In this document: piece after piece, positions 1 through 8,100 of the stretch
Numbering within the stretch: position 1 is the first letter of the stretch
Layout of the letters: each line of letters opens with the position of its first letter
Assembly: GCA_051382335.1 (NCBI GenBank)
Contig: JBBCAX010000087.1
Location: 1-64,000 of the forward strand
Direction of reading: 5' to 3'
DNA: 64,000 nt
Source of the DNA: Deltaproteobacteria bacterium TL4
Lineage (GTDB): Bacteria > SAR324 > NAC60-12
Made by a program: the position numbers and the translations under genes
The notes under the pieces: model-generated
What the model was told of the DNA's origin: nothing
The model's input: the letters and a program-made list of their open reading frames with translations, nothing else
The model's database searches: none

Positions 1-637
1 GGATAGGGTAAACGCGGCGGCAGTGTTATGAAAGATCATGTTCTTATCTGGGGAGATCTGTCCAGCGCGCAGTTTGGTTCTTCAAAGAAGACTGGAAGAC
101 CGGAAACGGAGCACTCCCCTTGTTTTGAAATCACTCAGCGCCTCATGGGGCAACTCACGAGGTGACTGGACAGAAGTCAGCAGAAGCCGTAGGTGCCAAA
201 CGCCTGCCATAATGGGCAGGACACGGTGAAGGGCTGAACGTAGAAAGGAATGTTATGACCTGATTAGTTGAAAGGAACGTATTGAATCTGACCGGAGGAG
301 CGCTTTCCCGACCCGTAATTGAACCGTCTTCATTTCCGATTTATACCTTAGTGGATGTTCTCTCAACAAGAAACATCCAGTCTGCAAGGTTCCCAAGCGA
401 CAAGCCATTATGGTGGGTCTCAGTCGGAAAGGATCTTGGAAACGCTCCAAGACTCTTTCAACCAATAGGGGACTGACCCATCTCTATCTCCAAAAACAGG
501 GGCTTGTTTCTATCAGACAACTTTGGCTCAAGTGTCACTATCCCGCGACAGCGCGATGATTTCTACGAACCGCCGTAGGCGGAGCCGCATGTACGGTGGT
601 GTGGGAGGTGGCGGAGAAAGCCCGCTACCTACCCGAT
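1..637 (+). mobile_element. Group II intron, class C (IIC); 5' end outside the window; intron-encoded RT/maturase internally deleted
   Basis: Domain V GAACCGCCGTAGGCGGAGCCGCATGTACGGTGGT (567-600) has the IIC-type CCG/CGC start. Domain VI ends ...CTACCCGAT at 637. Upstream IIC-like segments are present (TTATCTGGGGAGATCTG, CAGAAGTCAGCAGAAGCCGTAG, GAAGGGCTGAAC). Confidence 0.9.
256..559 (+). pseudogene. Relic of group II intron reverse transcriptase/maturase
   Basis: An N-terminal-like segment (LVDVLSTRNIQSA) is joined out of frame at about 386 to a maturase C-terminus VPKRQAIMVGLSRKGSWKRSKTLSTNRGLTHLYLQKQGLVSIRQLWLKCHYPATAR* (stop 557-559). No YADD core is present. Confidence 0.8.
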
Positions 638-696
638 TCGGCCAAATACTCTAACCCATTTCAGAAAAATTGCCACCTGTGCAGGTACCTTTTTTT

Positions 697-847
697 GGCT
701 ACTGGCCTAAGATGGGACAGCCATCATTTCAGTAGGTTGGGTAGAGCGGTAGCGAAACCCAACATCCAGGCAGTAATGTCCGTTTTTCGTTGGGTTTCGC
801 TACGCTCTACCCAACCTACGTTTTTGTCCCACTTTAGACCGGTAGCC
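697..847. mobile_element. MITE-like element with 23-bp terminal inverted repeats and 8-bp target duplication CTTTTTTT, containing a GTAG-type REP pair
   Basis: TIRs are GGCTACTGGCCTAAGATGGGACA (697-719) and TGTCCCACTTTAGACCGGTAGCC (825-847). CTTTTTTT lies at 689-696 and 848-855. Confidence 0.65.
732..819. repeat. GTAG-family REP-like inverted pair
   Basis: GTAGGTTGGGTAGAGCGGTAGCGAAACCCAAC (732-763) and its near-perfect reverse complement (789-819). Confidence 0.85.
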
Positions 848-853
848 CTTTTT

Positions 854-968
854 TTAACCACGAAAAACACTAAAAACATGAAATAAAACCTGCAAAATAG
901 GGTTTCACGGAGGAATTCATTTATTAAAAAATCATTTGTTTCGTGTTTTTCGTGTTTTTCGTGGTTAA
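854..968. repeat. Inverted repeat built of 9-nt units (CACGAAAAA)x3
   Basis: 854-883 versus 939-968 is a 28/30 reverse-complement match. A degenerate third copy lies at about 1131-1156. Confidence 0.8.
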
Positions 969-1287
969 TTTTCAAACCACCTGCACAGCTCGAAAAACTG
1001 TAAAGGAGGAGGCTCATACCCACAAAGCCTTTAAAAGCCAGGTTTTATTTTGGAAAGATGTCTAATAGCCTACGGATTAACATGGATAAGCTGGCTAAAA
1101 AAGAGTTTAAAAAAGGAATAATCCTTATATTTTTAGTGTGTTTCGTGTGTTTCATGAACTGAGAAGTCGTTTCAGAAATATCAGAAATTTTGAAGTTGCG
1201 AAACCCTTGTTTCCTGTGCTATGAGTAAAGTAGTTTTAGGATTTGGATACAGTATTTAAAAAGTTCCTTCATTTGGAGTTTCAAATA

Positions 1288-2376
1288 ATGTTTTCTACCA
1301 ATAGAATAATCCTCAGTCTGTTTCTCTTCTTATTCATCGTTCACTCAGAGTCTCAGGCCTCCCCGGTGCAAGACTCAATAAGTGCCTTGCCAAAATACGC
1401 AGAGTTAGAAGTGGAAGAGAACCTTGAGCCTGAGCCCGTATCACCACAAAAGTTATGGTATTTTTCTGATGAGGATGCTGCCAGCCTTTCTGTTCCTAAG
1501 CAAATCATTTTCAAAATCGATTTTGAAAGGGCGCTTGGTTTTGCTGGACGCCCCTTTCAAACAGACCCCCTTTATGCGGACGCTTCAGGTAATCTGGAAA
1601 CGGGATCCGCAAACAAGGCCGTGGCCGTGGCCAATGACCCTCTTGAGGCTCCAGACAAAGCGTCTGAGAGTTCAGACGAAGGTTTCAATGATTTTTCAGC
1701 CGGAAGTTTTGATGATGAGTTTGCCACTCCACCTGAAGCTGAAAAGGTAGACCCGCTCAGTGGCTATAATCGTTTTATGACTCAAGTGAATGATAAGATT
1801 TATGTCTGGGTACTCGACCCTGTTTCCAGGGGGTACGGATATGTGGTTCCGGAAGGAGTTCGTCAGAGCATTGTCCGATTCTTTAAAAATTTGCTTTTTC
1901 CGGTACGTTTCGTGAACAACACACTGCAATTAAAGATGAAAAATGCAGGGGAAGAGTTTCTCAGGTTCAGTCTCAATACAACCGTGGGGTTGCTGGGGTT
2001 TTTTGATCCCGCAAAAGCATGGTTTGACTTAGAGGAGCATCCTGAGGATTTTGGCCAGACACTGGGCCATTATGGAGTAGGCAGCGGGTTTCATATCGTT
2101 CTGCCTATCTTGGGACCATCAAACTTGAGAGACACGGTGGGGATGCTCCCTGACGATTATTATATCAACCCTGTCAGTTGTTCTGAACCTTATAAGGAAC
2201 AAGGTATTTGTGTTGGTGGCATGATCGCGCAACTGGGTGTCCGGGCGTTTGATATTGTTAATGAAACTTCGCTTCATTTAGGCGAATATGAAAATCTCAA
2301 AAGTGATGCGGTTGATTTGTATCCCTTTTTAAGAGATGTTTATGAACAGAACCGACAAAAAGAAATAGAGGAATGA
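1288..2376 (+). CDS. mlaA: MlaA/VacJ family outer-membrane lipid asymmetry protein with N-terminal extension
   Basis: DPLSGYNRFM, RFSLNTTVGLLGFFDPA and EDFGQTLGHYGVGSGFHIVLPILGPSNLRD motifs. ATG at 1288 chosen over TTG at 1243. Confidence 0.9.
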   Translation: MFSTNRIILSLFLFLFIVHSESQASPVQDSISALPKYAELEVEENLEPEPVSPQKLWYFSDEDAASLSVPKQIIFKIDFERALGFAGRPFQTDPLYADASGNLETGSANKAVAVANDPLEAPDKASESSDEGFNDFSAGSFDDEFATPPEAEKVDPLSGYNRFMTQVNDKIYVWVLDPVSRGYGYVVPEGVRQSIVRFFKNLLFPVRFVNNTLQLKMKNAGEEFLRFSLNTTVGLLGFFDPAKAWFDLEEHPEDFGQTLGHYGVGSGFHIVLPILGPSNLRDTVGMLPDDYYINPVSCSEPYKEQGICVGGMIAQLGVRAFDIVNETSLHLGEYENLKSDAVDLYPFLRDVYEQNRQKEIEE

Positions 2377-2975
2377 TTATGAAAATTTTAATTTACGCAA
2401 CCTTGTTAGCCTTTGTTTTGGCACCCTCCACGTTGTTTGCTTCTGACCAAGATGAAGTTTCGGCATTGGTCAAAGAAAAAATAGGGAATGTGATGCAAAT
2501 TCTCAAAAGCAAGGAACTGGATAAAAAAACAAAGAGTACCAAAATCATTGCTGAAATAACACCCATTTTTGATTTTTCGCTGATGGCGAGGCTAAGTATT
2601 GATAAGAGATACTGGAGCAAAATGAGCAAGAAGCAAAATGAAGAATATTCAACGCTGTTTGTTCAACGGATACAGGAATCCTACTTGGAAAAGTTGGACC
2701 TATATACCGATGAAGACATTCAATTTCAAGAGGCACAGAAAGTAAAGAGCGACAGAGTTGAGGTCATGACTTATCTTGTCTCCAAAGATGACAGGAAAGA
2801 AATGCTTTACAAATTCTACAAGTCCAAGGAGGGATGGAAAATTTACGATGTAGAGATTTTGGGAGTCAGTATCATCAAAACAAACCTCTCTCAGTATAGT
2901 AGTGTTCTGGAAAGTGGAGGAATTGACGCCCTGATTGAAAAGTTGAGATCTCCCGATAAAGACAAGAAAAAATAA
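2373..2975 (+). CDS. mlaC: MlaC/Ttg2D (HpnM-like) periplasmic lipid-binding protein
   Basis: Signal peptide, FDFSLMARLS and WKIYDVEILGVS motifs; overlaps the mlaA stop codon. Confidence 0.88.
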   Translation: MIMKILIYATLLAFVLAPSTLFASDQDEVSALVKEKIGNVMQILKSKELDKKTKSTKIIAEITPIFDFSLMARLSIDKRYWSKMSKKQNEEYSTLFVQRIQESYLEKLDLYTDEDIQFQEAQKVKSDRVEVMTYLVSKDDRKEMLYKFYKSKEGWKIYDVEILGVSIIKTNLSQYSSVLESGGIDALIEKLRSPDKDKKK

Positions 2976-3030
2976 GTAACACGTCATTTTTTTGGTCCAT
3001 TCATGATGAAATTTAATAACCTGAGCCCAA

Positions 3031-5562
3031 GTGTTTGCTATGTTGAAACAATTCTATGAACGGTTGATTCTTAAATACCCCCGATCAGTCCTTACGATCG
3101 TTGTCATTGTCATTGCTCTGCTTGGATACCAGGCGAGGAAACTGGAGGTTGACGCTTCTGCCGAAACGTTACTGTTGGAAAATGACAAAGATCTTCAATA
3201 CACACGACTGGTCACAGAACGTTACAAGAGTCCGGATTTTCTGTTTATTACCTATGTTCCCAAAGGCGATCTTCTTTCAGACAAGACCTTGGAAAACATC
3301 AGGAACTTCAAGCAGGATTTGTTGAAACTGGAGATGATCGCATCGGTGACATCGATTCTTGATGTTCCTCTGCTGGAAAGTCCCCCTAGACCTATACAAG
3401 AATTGCTCAAAGATATTCCGACCCTGGAGTCTCCTGGGATCAACAAAGAGTTGGCCAAAAAAGAGTTATTAAATAGTCCCATTTATCGCAATCTACTCGT
3501 CAGTGCTGATTTCAAAACCACCGCGATTCAAGCAGATCTGCATGAGGACCCACGTTACCAGAGTTTGTTAAAACGCAGAAATCTGCTTCATCAAAAAGAG
3601 AAAGATAATAGCATTACGGAACAGGAACGTTTGGAATTGACACAGGTGAGCCTTGATTTCAAGCAACATCGGGATAAGGTCCGTGCTGAGCTACATGCTG
3701 GAATTGCGGAAGTTCGAGCCTTGATGGACAAATATCGTGGAGACGCGGATCTGTTTTTAGGAGGCGTCAGCATGATTTCGGATGATCTGATAAATTTTGT
3801 CAAAAATGACCTTGAACTGTTTGGAATCGGTGTATTTTTATTCCTGGTGATTACGCTTAAAGTCATTTTCAAGCAACTTCGATGGATTGTGATCCCCCTG
3901 ATTTCCTGTGCTTTTTCTGTGATTGCCACCTGTGGATTTCTTGGAATGTTTAACTGGGAAGTCACCGTCATTTCCTCGAATTTTATTTCGATACAACTCA
4001 TCATTACGATGGCCCTTTCCATTCACCTGGTTGTGCGTTACCGTGAATTAATTAGTAAGAATCCTGAAGCGGAGCAACATGAATTGGTGCTGGACACGGT
4101 ACTGTTTATGGCCAGTCCCTGCTTATATGCCATCTTGACCACGATTGCCGGTTTTTGTTCCTTGATTCTTTCTGGTATTTTGCCTGTCATCAACTTTGGT
4201 TGGATGATGAGTGTGGGCACAGGACTGTCCTTACTCATAACCTTCCTGATTTTCCCTACCATCGTCGTACAGATGAATAAAGTCGCCGCTAATACTTCTT
4301 TTGAATCGAACTTTGGGTTGACGAGGGTATTATCCAAGTTCACAGACTCGCACGGAAACTTAATCCTTGTTGTCAGTGCTCTTGTTTTTATTTTTAGCAT
4401 TATTGGTGTTTCAAGGCTGGTGGTGGAAAACAGCTTTATCGATTACTTCAAAGATACCACAGAAATCTACCGGGGAATGAGAGTGATTGATCAACAATTT
4501 GGGGGAACAACCCCTCTTGATGTGACTCTCGATTTTGGGGATAAACAGGAACCCCCGCCGGAAAAACAAACCGATTCGACCACCGTTGCCGGAACTCCTG
4601 AAGAAGGGGATGGTTTTGGAGATTTTGCCGATGAATTTGACCCCAGTCAAAATGAGGCACAATATTGGTTTACTTCTGATAAAATGGAAACCATAGAGAA
4701 GGTTCATGATTATCTGGATAGTATTCCCGCAACAGGCAAAGTGATGTCTCTGGCAACCATGCTTAAAGTCGGAAGGAATCTCAATGATGGCCAATCCCTG
4801 GATAATTTCAAACTGGCGTTGATTTACAAAGAATTGCCTGAACGTTTCCGAAAGATCATACTGAGCCCGTATGTATCCGTTGAAAATAACCAAGTCCGTT
4901 TTTCCGTACTTGTGCGGGATTCTGATCCTACTTTAAGAAGAAACGAATTGATTAAGAGCATCAGAAACGATTTGATCCATAAAGTCGGATTACAGGAAGA
5001 TCGTTTTCATCTTGCTAACTTGTTGATACTTTACAATAACATGCTTCAAAGTCTCTATCACTCACAAATCGCGACACTGGGTGCGGTTATCGGGGCCTTG
5101 ATGATTATGTTTTTGGTTCTTTTCAGATCGTTGCTGATTTCCATTATCGCCATTATTCCGAATATCCTTTCCGTTGGTTTTGTCCTGGGTTTTATGGGTT
5201 GGGCAAAAATTCCTCTGGATATGATGACCATCACCATTGCCTCCATTAGTGTCGGAATGGCGGTGGATAACACCATCCACTACATCCACAGATTCAAGAG
5301 TGAATTTCCTAAGGACCGAAATTATATTGCGACCATGCATCGTTGCCATGCCAGCATCGGTTATGCGATGTACTATACATCAATCACAGTCATCGTCGGC
5401 TTTTCGATTCTGGTGATTTCCAACTTTATTCCCAGCATTTATTTTGGAATGTTGACAGGTTTGGCGATGTTGATTGCGTTATTGGCCGCATTGACCCTTT
5501 TGCCCAAACTCATCACCGTAATCAAACCTTTTGGTCCTGAAGGGGGCACGCTGTCGAATTGA
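3031..5562 (+). CDS. MMPL/RND superfamily transporter (HpnN-like)
   Basis: Two repeats of TM, large periplasmic loop, then 5 TM. SISVGMAVDNTIHYIHRF and GGTTPLDV motifs. Confidence 0.88.
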   Translation: MFAMLKQFYERLILKYPRSVLTIVVIVIALLGYQARKLEVDASAETLLLENDKDLQYTRLVTERYKSPDFLFITYVPKGDLLSDKTLENIRNFKQDLLKLEMIASVTSILDVPLLESPPRPIQELLKDIPTLESPGINKELAKKELLNSPIYRNLLVSADFKTTAIQADLHEDPRYQSLLKRRNLLHQKEKDNSITEQERLELTQVSLDFKQHRDKVRAELHAGIAEVRALMDKYRGDADLFLGGVSMISDDLINFVKNDLELFGIGVFLFLVITLKVIFKQLRWIVIPLISCAFSVIATCGFLGMFNWEVTVISSNFISIQLIITMALSIHLVVRYRELISKNPEAEQHELVLDTVLFMASPCLYAILTTIAGFCSLILSGILPVINFGWMMSVGTGLSLLITFLIFPTIVVQMNKVAANTSFESNFGLTRVLSKFTDSHGNLILVVSALVFIFSIIGVSRLVVENSFIDYFKDTTEIYRGMRVIDQQFGGTTPLDVTLDFGDKQEPPPEKQTDSTTVAGTPEEGDGFGDFADEFDPSQNEAQYWFTSDKMETIEKVHDYLDSIPATGKVMSLATMLKVGRNLNDGQSLDNFKLALIYKELPERFRKIILSPYVSVENNQVRFSVLVRDSDPTLRRNELIKSIRNDLIHKVGLQEDRFHLANLLILYNNMLQSLYHSQIATLGAVIGALMIMFLVLFRSLLISIIAIIPNILSVGFVLGFMGWAKIPLDMMTITIASISVGMAVDNTIHYIHRFKSEFPKDRNYIATMHRCHASIGYAMYYTSITVIVGFSILVISNFIPSIYFGMLTGLAMLIALLAALTLLPKLITVIKPFGPEGGTLSN

Positions 5563-5607
5563 AATTCTTCAACAGGGCGAGTGGTTAGGATCTGAGAAAA
5601 AATAAAG

Positions 5608-5646
5608 AATCCCCCGCCTCCCCCCATTAAAAAAAGGGGGGAGATT
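5608..5646. terminator. Hairpin between convergent genes, probable bidirectional terminator
   Basis: AATCCCCC...GGGGGGAGATT inverted repeat between the MMPL and pgk stop codons. Confidence 0.5.
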
Positions 5647-5679
5647 GAGCCGCATTGAAACTCTCGGCGCTTTTCAAAC

Positions 5680-6876
5680 TTATTTATCGTTTAATGCCTC
5701 AATGCCCGGAAGAACTTTCCCTTCCAGATACTCTAAAGACGCGCCTCCACCTGTTGAGATATGAGTGACCTGATTTTCTAATCCCATTTGTCTCATAGCC
5801 GCGGCAGAGTCTCCACCACCAACAACCGTAATGCATCCTTTCTTGGTGGCATCAGTTAAACTTTCAGCGATTTTTTGTGTTCCCTCAGCGAAATTAGGCA
5901 TTTCAAAGGCACCCATGGGTCCATTCCAGATAACGGTTTTACTGTTTCTGATGATAGTTTGGAAACGATCAATCGTCCGGGGACCAATATCCAGCCCCAT
6001 CCAACCTTGCTCTATGTCACGGAGGGAAACGACTTTTCTTTTGGCGTTATTATCAAATTTATCGGCAACGATGACATCCTCTGCCAGTAATAACTCAATC
6101 TTTCGAGATTTTGCTTCCGCGAGTAACTGACTCGCCATTTCAATCCGGTCTTCTTCAACCAAGGAGGTTCCAATATTCAGGCCTTGCGCTTTAAAGAAGG
6201 TAAAAATCATGCCGCCACCAATCAGAATCGTATCCACTTTATCAAAAAGATTGCGAATCACATCAATTTTACCAGAAATTTTAGCGCCTCCCAAAACCGC
6301 GACAAAGGGGCGTTTAGGCGCATTAATAGCTTCGCCAAGGTATTTCAGTTCTTTTTCAATCAGATAACCGGAAACCGCGTTCGCAAGGTGATGGGTTACG
6401 CCTTCTGTAGAAGCATGAGCACGGTGAGCTGTACCAAAAGCATCGTTAATGTAGATATCAATTCCTTCTGATAACGCTTTTGAGAACTTTGAGTCATTTT
6501 TAGTTTCTTGTTTATGGAACCGCAGATTTTCCAGTAATAAAACCTCACCAGGCTTTAAACTGCTTTTTCGTGCGTTGACTTTGTCTCCAATACAATCCTC
6601 TGCCATGATCACTTTTTGATTCAAGAGCTTTGACAAATGGGCGGCAACAGGTTTTAAACTCATTTCCGCGATAACTTGCCCTTCAGGACGTCCCAAATGG
6701 GAACACAGGATCACCGCGGCACCAGAAGCAATAGCTTTACGAATGGTAGGCAACGATTCCTGAATTCGACCGTCATCAGTAATCTGTTGCTGCTTATTGA
6801 GGGGAACGTTAAAATCACAACGAATCAATACTTTTTTTGCCTTTAAGTCCACATCATCAATGGTTCTTTTTGTCAT
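5680..6876 (-). CDS. pgk: Phosphoglycerate kinase
   Basis: RCDFNVP, SHLGRP, LLENLRF, NDAFGTAHRAHAS and HISTGGGASLEYLEG motifs. Confidence 0.98.
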   Translation of the reverse strand: MTKRTIDDVDLKAKKVLIRCDFNVPLNKQQQITDDGRIQESLPTIRKAIASGAAVILCSHLGRPEGQVIAEMSLKPVAAHLSKLLNQKVIMAEDCIGDKVNARKSSLKPGEVLLLENLRFHKQETKNDSKFSKALSEGIDIYINDAFGTAHRAHASTEGVTHHLANAVSGYLIEKELKYLGEAINAPKRPFVAVLGGAKISGKIDVIRNLFDKVDTILIGGGMIFTFFKAQGLNIGTSLVEEDRIEMASQLLAEAKSRKIELLLAEDVIVADKFDNNAKRKVVSLRDIEQGWMGLDIGPRTIDRFQTIIRNSKTVIWNGPMGAFEMPNFAEGTQKIAESLTDATKKGCITVVGGGDSAAAMRQMGLENQVTHISTGGGASLEYLEGKVLPGIEALNDK

Positions 6877-7144
6877 ATCTACCTTATGTTTTTGGGTTTT
6901 CGAAAAACAGTTCTTTGACGATTTAAACGTTTGATACGGTTTATGAGCCAGACAACCTTCTCACAGGAGAGTATCTACAATTTTATCAAGATTCACGAGC
7001 TTTTTTCGTAGGTTACAAAACCGATGAATCTTTCTCCGTACAACATCAATTAATTTTTTAAAACATTTCTCGGAGGCTATGTCAAACTTAAAATAATTCC
7101 AGAACCATTATACGAAAACCCAAGAACCTGAAATAATTCCCCAA

Positions 7145-7681
7145 TTATTTTCGATTGATTGAGACTTCCTGGACATTTTCCTTGTATTTTTGACAGCGTT
7201 CAGCATAGATGTTTGCAGTTCGTCTTATGGTGCTGAGAATGCTTTCGTCATAGGTTTTTTTAATTTGCGCGGGAGAGCCCACAACTAAAGAAAACGGAGG
7301 AATAATCGTTTTTTCTAAAACGACAGCCCCGGCACCTATGATTGACCCTCTCCCAATATGAGCTTCATTCATGATGATGGCGCCCATACCGATCAAACAA
7401 TCATCTTCAATGCGGCATCCATGCAAAATGCAACGATGCCCAACGGTGACTCGGTCTCCGATATTTAAAGGCTTCTGCGGATCCGCATGACACATGGACA
7501 AATCTTGGATATTGGTTTCACTGCCAATGGTGATGGGCTCGGTATCCCCTCGAAGCACCGTATTGAACCAAACTGAAGACCGAGGACCTATCATCACTTG
7601 TCCAATGACCTGTGCGCTCGGAGCAATATATACAGAATTATCAATTTCAGGAGTATGTCCTTCTAAGCTAAAAATCGTCAT
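7145..7681 (-). CDS. Gamma carbonic anhydrase family protein (YrdA/CaiE-like)
   Basis: Hexapeptide repeats, VLRGD, NIQD, and His ligands in CHAD/VGHRCILHGC. Confidence 0.92.
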   Translation of the reverse strand: MTIFSLEGHTPEIDNSVYIAPSAQVIGQVMIGPRSSVWFNTVLRGDTEPITIGSETNIQDLSMCHADPQKPLNIGDRVTVGHRCILHGCRIEDDCLIGMGAIIMNEAHIGRGSIIGAGAVVLEKTIIPPFSLVVGSPAQIKKTYDESILSTIRRTANIYAERCQKYKENVQEVSINRK

Positions 7682-7698
7682 TGCATCATCCTTATACC

Positions 7699-8085
7699 TT
7701 ATGTGGAGTAAACATCTTGAGGATTAAACACTTTTTCACAGTGATTCAGCTCCAGCGTATTTTCGGAGCTGAGTCGGGAATGGAAACAACTTCGATACCC
7801 TGTGTGACAAGCCGCACCGCCAATTTGACGGACTTTGTATATCAACGTATCTTGATCACAATCTACTAAAATTTCCTGAACTTCTTGAATATGTCCCGAG
7901 GACTCGCCTTTCATCCACAGACGTTTTTTTGAGCGGGAATAAAAATGCGCTTTACCTGTTTTTTGAGTTTGTTCCAACGCTTCCCGATCAACATAAGCGA
8001 GCATGAGGACTTCGTTGCTTTGTTCGTCTTGGACAATCACAGGCAGGAGCCCTTCTTGTTTATCAAAAGCCAAATTAAGTTTCAC
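7699..8085 (-). CDS. hisI: Phosphoribosyl-AMP cyclohydrolase
   Basis: YSRSKKRLWMKGESSGH, DCDQD and ACHTGYRSCF motifs. Confidence 0.96.
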   Translation of the reverse strand: MKLNLAFDKQEGLLPVIVQDEQSNEVLMLAYVDREALEQTQKTGKAHFYSRSKKRLWMKGESSGHIQEVQEILVDCDQDTLIYKVRQIGGAACHTGYRSCFHSRLSSENTLELNHCEKVFNPQDVYST

Positions 8086-8100
8086 AGTTTTCCTTGGAAA

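Noticed and set aside
660..1160. CRISPR array; ORFs 596-886 and 724-1023
   Set aside because: The repeats are inverted pairs, not direct repeats with unique spacers, and there are no cas genes. The ORFs are translations of intron and repeat sequence.
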